Source: Octopus vulgaris
Taxonomy: Eukaryota
Direction: 5' to 3'
Length of the DNA stretch: 64,000 bases
Assembly (NCBI GenBank): GCA_951406725.2
Contig: OX597822.1
Location: 117,800,001-117,864,000 of the forward strand
Each line of letters opens with the position of its first letter. The first letter of the stretch is position 1. This document shows positions 57,046 through 64,000 of this stretch, in pieces. A model generated the notes under the pieces. The model had not been told where the DNA came from, searched no databases, and was given only the letters and a program-made list of their open reading frames with translations. A program made the position numbers and the translations under genes.

Positions 57046-57262
57046 GTGAGTTCGACTCCCGGATCGGGCTCTGTATTGTGTTCTTGAGCAAGACACTTTA
57101 TTTCACGTTGTTCCAGTTCACTCAGTTGTAGAAACGCGTTGCGACCTCGTTGGTGCCACGCTGTATTGATATTTGCCTTTCCCTTGGATAACACTGGTGG
57201 CGTGGAGATGGGGGACTGGTACACATTGAAAACTGCTGGTCTTCCAGAAACAAACTTGCCAT
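57046..57262 (+). mobile_element. 5'-truncated SINE (head B / CORE-like segment plus tail Z)
   Basis: gtgagttcgactcccgg...ttcttgagcaagacactttatttcacgttg; head shared with 49640-49751. Confidence 0.75.
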
Positions 57263-57369
57263 ACACATAACACATGTCTGTATTTATGTATAGACGTATG
57301 TATTGATGTATCTCTCTCTCTCTCTCGCTATATATATACATACACACAGAGAAAAAGAGAGAGAGCACA

Positions 57370-57690
57370 GACATGGCTGTGTACTTCTGAAGTACTCTTC
57401 GTAATCTCGTAGATTCGCGTTCAATCCCTCTGGCCGGCAGCTTGAACTAGTACCTTCTACTATAGTTCCCGGACCATCAATGCCTTGTGAGTGAAATTGG
57501 GTGGCGGAAACGGTGTGGAAGCCTGCCCTGTGTGTGTGTCTGCTTGTGATTTCCCCCACCTCTTTTTAAGGATAGTTGTTCTCTAACATTTCCGTAATCT
57601 AGTAGTTCAGTAAAGTAACCGATATAACAAGTACCAGATTTTAAAGTAAGCTTTTGTTCGATTAAACCTCTCAAGACGGTGTCCTTGCAT
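57370..57690 (+). mobile_element. Decayed family C SINE
   Basis: catggctgtgt...ttctactatag...ccttgtgagtgaaatt...ggaaac...aagtaccag...ggtgtcc.tgcatg. Confidence 0.7.
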
Positions 57691-57911
57691 GTTCATGGAT
57701 AACAGTTAAGCTGTCGCTTAAATTACCTATGAATCTACAACGCAGGTAAGAAAGGCTCTGAATCTTATTTTGCGTGGTCGCTGTTCCTTTTAAGCATAAG
57801 CGCAATCGTAAGATTCATACGGATATGGCGCAAACTTCAATAATATTAGAAAACTATCATGTAACGCACACAATCACACACACACACACACACACATACA
57901 CACACACATAT

Positions 57912-57942
<31 letters not shown>

Positions 57943-58062
57943 CAAAGAGAGAAAGGGGCATATAATTGTAAATATTTATGGGTCCTTATATGTGTGTATG
58001 CATGTATGTATATATATATATATACATACATACATATACTTACATACATACATATATACATA

Positions 58063-58373
58063 CATCACCTGATCACGTGACCGACCAGGCTATCAGATGC
58101 TGCTACACATCGCTGGTCACAATGTGCTTCGCATTGTTTTAGCCTTCAAATGACGCCACCCCGCTGGCTAAGCGAGCTGACCAACAGAAGAAAGAGTGAG
58201 AGAGAGTTGCGGCGAAAGAGTACAGCAGGGGTCGCCACCACACCCTGCCGGAGCCTCGTGGAGCTTTAGGTGTTTTCGCTCAATAAACACACACAACGCC
58301 CAGTCTGGGAATCGAAACCGCGATCCTCCGACCGTGAGTCCGCTGCCCTAACCACTGGGCCATTGCGCCTCCA
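58063..58373 (-). mobile_element. tRNA-derived SINE (head A plus tail Y)
   Basis: 58190-58373 is nearly identical to 21682-21852; 58063-58190 is unrelated to tail X. Confidence 0.9.
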
Positions 58374-58437
58374 CATTTACATACATACATACATACATAC
58401 GTACATACATACGTACATACATACATACATACATACA

Positions 58438-58508
<71 letters not shown>

Positions 58509-58509
58509 C

Positions 58510-58702
58510 GGTTTCAAATTTCGGCAAAAGGTCAAATTTCGAGGAGGACATGGGTATATTACATCGACCCCAATTTTTAACCGGTACGTATTTTTATGTA
58601 TCTCAAAAGGACGCAAGACAAAGTCGACCTGGGAGAAATTTGAACTCAGAACGTAAAGACAGCTGTTAAGTACTTTGCCCAGTATGCTAAGGATTCTGAC
58701 AG
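58510..58702 (-). mobile_element. Decayed family M SINE
   Basis: attacatcgacccc...caaagtcgacct...aatttgaactcagaacgtaaagac. Confidence 0.75.
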
Positions 58703-58710
58703 GAATGCAT

Positions 58711-58758
<48 letters not shown>

Positions 58759-58770
58759 ATATACATATAC

Positions 58771-58803
<33 letters not shown>

Positions 58804-58818
58804 TAATTATTATTTCTC

Positions 58819-58863
<45 letters not shown>

Positions 58864-59045
58864 TATATTTAGTCACACACACACATACATATATATAATG
58901 TAATACAATATAATAAATGCGAAACTAATTTCTGTGTGTCAGTGTGTCGCACTTTTCCCCCTCTCTCTCTCTATTTAATGAGACTTCTACTATTCCTCGT
59001 GCTGAGATGAGAATAAAAGTAGGCATAAAGACGGTAAGGGCGAAG

Positions 59046-59098
<53 letters not shown>

Positions 59099-59217
59099 AA
59101 GAAAAAGAGAGACAAAGAAATTTAGAGAGAGTAGATGATGTTTTATTAAAAGTGTTAATGCTGATGGTGGTAGCGGGAGTAATAATAATAATAAGAGAGA
59201 GGGAGAGCGAGAGGGAG

Positions 59218-59278
<61 letters not shown>

Positions 59279-59779
59279 GTGGGTATGTGAGAGAAAGAGG
59301 GTCTGAACACTGAACCAACATACTGAAAACTGATTGTAATTGGGTGACAGTAACAGTATGAGCTGTAGTTGTGATAGAGGCGGAGGCGGCGGTGATGATG
59401 GTGGCGATGGGAGCCGAGCTGGTCTGGGGTGATGGTGAGAGTAAGCGATGGGAAAGACAGAGGGGATGGTGGTGGAGGCAAAGGTGGCGAAATCAAAGGT
59501 ATTGATTGTAGTGGCATCAGAAGTCTGAATGGAGTATATTGCAGATGTGGAGGCGATGGTAGTGGTATTGTTGTTTATCATGCAGCTTTGCAATAAGTTC
59601 CAAGTTGACAAATTATATCATTGTTTTGATGCAAATTATTCATTGCTTGAAATATATTGCTCAATTTCAATAAAATTTAATAAGTACTCAATGCACGAAG
59701 TGTCATTGTTGGGACCAAGGCCTAATGAAGAGCCCTCCACAGGAGGGCAGCTGTTAAGCTGGTATATATATATAACTCA

Positions 59780-60037
59780 CAAAAAAAAGAAGAAGACAGG
59801 TGGTGTAGACAACAAACAAATATAGTAGTATAACGCTCGGGAATTGAAAAAGTCTTTAACGTTTCGAGCCTACGCTCTTCCGCAGAAAGGAACACAAGAC
59901 ATGTGTGACTATTTCATTATAAATGTCCTGAAAACTCCCTGTCTTGGATTTGTTATCTCATCCTGTCTTGTGTTCCTTTCTGTGGAAGAGCGTAGGCTCG
60001 AAACGTTAAAGACTTTTTCAATTCCCGAGCGTTATAC

Positions 60038-60044
<7 letters not shown>
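59780..60044. mobile_element. Inverted pair of family H1 elements, each with a hammerhead-like motif
   Basis: Arms 59821-59901 and 59964-60044 are reverse complements at 80 of 81 positions, with a 62-nt spacer. Confidence 0.88.
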
Positions 60045-60110
<66 letters not shown>

Positions 60111-60256
60111 CATATATATATGAGAAAATGTGTAACCGTCACTAACAAGCTTACTACTTAGTAGGAAGCTTTTGTACCATGCGTTTGCATTAATGCATCA
60201 ATGTTGTCAAAAGCTGACAAAGACTCCCTTTCAAACCCCCTCTTTTCACCCTGCAG

Positions 60257-60354
60257 AACATCGAGAAGGTGAATGCTGTAGGGAGAGGGCCAATGACTGA
60301 GTACCGACCGGTGCGCATTTTCAGTGGATTACGATGGAGTTATGCGCAAATGAA
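60257..60354 (+). CDS. Candidate internal coding exon (98 nt), peptide NIEKVNAVGRGPMTEYRPVRIFSGLRWSYAQM(K/N); protein not identified
   Basis: Branch-like gctgac at about 60213, a long pyrimidine tract ending ctgcag|, only one open frame, donor aa|gtacgt, and non-repetitive sequence. An alternative donor ag|gtgaat would give a 12-nt microexon. Confidence 0.45.
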
Positions 60355-60742
60355 GTACGTTGCTCAGAGATGCAACGCACCACACACAAGATATGCACGT
60401 GCATGCGTATATGTTGTGTGTATACAATACACACAATTACACACATACTGCATACTTATTTCTGTGCATGATCACGTAGATATGCACGCGAGAGCAAGTG
60501 TGACTTTGAATTGTAGGGACCTGGCTTTTTCAACCCTCAATATACATACATAAGGTAGCATAGCTGCACTTTGTAGATATACAATATTTATAAGTTAATA
60601 ATGTCTTCATTGACAAATATACATAATCTTCTCCTGATGAGTGCCTAATAAGTCCAGAAACTAAATCAAATCGATATCACGTTTTATCCTCCCCCTCCTC
60701 CTCCTCCTCATCATCATCATGATTATTATTATTATCATTATT

Positions 60743-60814
<72 letters not shown>

Positions 60815-61048
60815 GACTGGTGAAAAATAAAATCGTTTCATGTGACTTCTCTCGGGTTAACCTTATTGATCATGAAATATACATTGCATTATAACCTCCA
60901 CCCCCACCAAATGGTCTTTTATAATGCACGATACATACATATATATATATATATATTACAAAATTAGAAATTCGAGAAACATACTTAAATCAATAAATAT
61001 ATTGGATATATGTTATCCCATGGTGGGTTGAATTTTGAACCCCTATCT

Positions 61049-61085
<37 letters not shown>

Positions 61086-61163
61086 CATATATATATAAAT
61101 AATTATATACATATGTATATATATACACATATATATGCATACATATATATTATATATATACAT

Positions 61164-61215
<52 letters not shown>

Positions 61216-61267
61216 TTAAACATATCTACATATATATATATAATATGCATGTGTGTGTATGTATATA

Positions 61268-61524
61268 GTCTTTTATTCTTTTACTTGTTACAGTCATATG
61301 GCTGCGGCTATGCTGGAGCACCGCCTTTAGTCGAACAAATCGACCCCAGGACTTAATCTTTGTAAGTCTAGTACTTATTCTATCGGTCTCTTTTGCTGAA
61401 CCGCTAGTTTACGGGCACGTAAACACACCAGCATCGGTTGTCAAGCGATGAGACGGGGGACAAACACAGACACACAAATATATATATATATATGTGTGTG
61501 TGTGTGAGTGTGTGTGTACATCTT

Positions 61525-61568
<44 letters not shown>

Positions 61569-61745
61569 TACGTACGACGGGCTTCTTTCAGTTTCCTTCA
61601 TCCAAATCCACTCACAAGGCTTTGGTCGGCCCGAGGCTATAGCAGGAGACAGTTGCCGAATGTGCCACGCAGTGAGGCTGAGGCTGCACCAGGAACGATA
61701 TGGTTATGAAGCAAGCTTCTTACTGTAAAGCCAGGCCTGCGCCTC
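61268..61745 (-). mobile_element. Full-length family C SINE with expanded internal microsatellite
   Basis: Reverse complement of 40438-40843. Confidence 0.9.
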
Positions 61746-61910
61746 TGTATATCTGTACATCCACATACACACACTCTCACACCCAGACACACACAAACAC
61801 ACACACACAGACGAGCACTTATGTTCAAAACAAATTGGAGAGAAATAGTACTCGAATACCAAAGGTAGAGTAATATGCATTTTATTAAAGCTGAAAAAGT
61901 ATCACAGAAG

Positions 61911-61946
61911 TGTTACTCAGAGTTTCACGTTCCCGTTCGTCGGACA
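61911..61946 (-). ncRNA. Type-I hammerhead-ribozyme-like motif in a short element (61825-61952)
   Basis: Minus strand: tgt CCGACGA ACG ggaa CGT GAAA CTC t GAG TA aca. All three stems pair, the triplet is GUA, and the core has U4C. Confidence 0.6.
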
Positions 61947-62200
61947 GCTGAGATATATATGTATATAGTTGTGTGTTGTGATATGTGTGTGTGTGTGTGT
62001 GTGTGAGCGTGTGTGTGTGTGTGTGAGCGTGTGTGTGTGTGTGTGTGCGTGGGTGTGTGTAAGCACGAATGCACCTGTGCGTATAGATTGATAAATAAAA
62101 ATAGATGTATATACGTAAACACACACACACACACACACACGTACAGACTATTTTCATATATATATGTATACATACATATATATATATATATATGTGTGTG

Positions 62201-62251
<51 letters not shown>

Positions 62252-63102
62252 CATTAATACCTTATACCCACCGCCTCTTGTACGGAGTCTGTGACCACGT
62301 CGACGACTACGACGACGATAGTGATGGTGGCGATGATGATGATAATGGTGGTGATGACAGTCCATCTTATATAACTACCGAACAGTTACACAACAGGAAA
62401 GAGTATATATATATATATATAAGGCAGGAAGTATACATGTTTTGAAGTAGCAATTACAAATATCGCACACATGAAGCACGCGCGCCTACACACACACACA
62501 CACACATAAACTTATAGACACTGACACATGTATATAGTCATAGACACACACACACACACACAAGCATACACGCGCGCATACATATTGGTTTGCACGTCTA
62601 TGTATATGAATAGTTTATATACATATGAAGATTCTATGAAGTGGCAGTGATGGTCGGAGTGCCGAGTGGATGATGCTACATCGCTCGCACTTGCTACCAG
62701 GAGGAGTTCTCTCCACCAGCAACGTGGAATGGTCGTACGTCGTTTTGGTAAATTCCTCATTTCGAAAACCCAACAACAATGTAAGTAACTCTGTGATATT
62801 CTTGGGTATTAGGGAGATTTCCTGGTGGATGTTTCATTTCCAGCTTCCATATACCATAACGAGCGCCGCCGTTTCCTCGCACAGGTAAACCTCGTCATGT
62901 TTTTTTAGAGGTGTTTCTTTCAAGACGTTCGCCTCGCTCTCTCCATGCCATTCGCTTCTTAATATTATTGTCGTTCTTCTTGTTTGTTCGTGATGCTGTT
63001 GTTGTTGTTGTCGTCGTTATCATCTTGGTTGTTCATTGATGGTCTTGTCCTACTCCATGCTTTGATAATCTCCTTCTCGTCCACCTCATCCTCGTTCTCC
63101 TC

Positions 63103-63203
63103 TTTCTTCTTCTTCTTCTTCTTCTTCTTCTTCTTCTTCTTCTTCTTCTTCTTCTTCTTCTTCTTCTTCTTCTTCTTCTTCTTCTTCTTCTTCTTCTTTC
63201 TCC

Positions 63204-63281
<78 letters not shown>

Positions 63282-63298
63282 CATTATCATCATCATCA

Positions 63299-63351
<53 letters not shown>
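63103..63351. repeat. (CTT)n-(ATT)n compound microsatellite
   Basis: Directly visible. Confidence 0.98.
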
Positions 63352-63353
<2 letters not shown>

Positions 63354-63354
63354 C

Positions 63355-63499
63355 TGTCTGAGTTCAAATTCCGCTGAGGTCGACATTGCCTTTTATCCTT
63401 TCGGGGTCGATGAATTAAGTACCAGCGAAACACTGGGGTCGATATAATCGACTAGTCCTCACCCACCAAATTTCAGGCCTTGTGCCCATAACACAAAGG

Positions 63500-63500
<1 letters not shown>
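63355..63500 (+). mobile_element. 5'-truncated family M SINE with the alternative tail followed by (ATT)n
   Basis: ctgagttcaaattccgctgaggtcgac...aatttcaggccttgtgcccata. Confidence 0.88.
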
Positions 63501-63534
<34 letters not shown>

Positions 63535-63541
63535 CATTATA

Positions 63542-63599
<58 letters not shown>

Positions 63600-63703
63600 T
63601 ATGATTGTTATTGTTGTTGTTGTTGTTATTGTTCTTATTATTTATCTGATATCCCTTTGGCAAAGAAAGGAAATTATTTATATTGTCGACGTCGTCGTCG
63701 TCG

Positions 63704-63734
<31 letters not shown>

Positions 63735-63836
63735 TATCATTATCATTAGATGTACAAGAAGTTTATTCAATCGACCACACCCCTTCTTCATAAATATGTG
63801 TGCGTATATGTATATATAGGTGTGAGTGTATGTATC

Positions 63837-63867
<31 letters not shown>

Positions 63868-63878
63868 ATGTATGTGTG

Positions 63879-63913
<35 letters not shown>

Positions 63914-64000
63914 GTGTTTGCTTCTGTAATCCTTAATATTTACATTATTAAAGGATACAGGTAGATAATCCAGTCGGGAATGAAACAAGTAACGAGAAGG

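Noticed and set aside
58300-58373. tRNA gene
   Set aside because: The tRNA-like head continues into a SINE body with no acceptor-stem closure or poly-T terminator. The same applies to the heads at 21852, 30889, 40438 and 49751.
60630-60680. CTGATGA...GAAAC motif
   Set aside because: Canonical boxes, but no convincing stems I or III.

Overview
AT-rich, microsatellite-saturated animal genomic DNA. The repeat families look like those of an octopus (coleoid cephalopod); this is recognition from memory, not a database result. The window is essentially intronic or intergenic. Almost every ORF in the supplied track is a simple-repeat artefact. Recognisable content: many tRNA-derived SINEs with interchangeable heads and tails; four decayed mariner copies (one about 1.25 kb with both TIRs); decayed LINE ORF2 remnants of the HERO/RLE, L1/Tx1 and CR1/L2 types; RTE-type 5' leaders; a non-autonomous Helitron; MITEs; and one plausible coding exon at 60257-60354. 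The most interesting signal is a set of short elements, mostly inside (TA)n/(CA)n tracts, that carry minimal type-I hammerhead-ribozyme-like folds. Several are arranged as inverted duplications or partial tandems, a Penelope-like or retrozyme-like architecture. No rRNA, intact tRNA gene, CRISPR array or complete protein-coding gene was seen. Boundaries of decayed elements are approximate.
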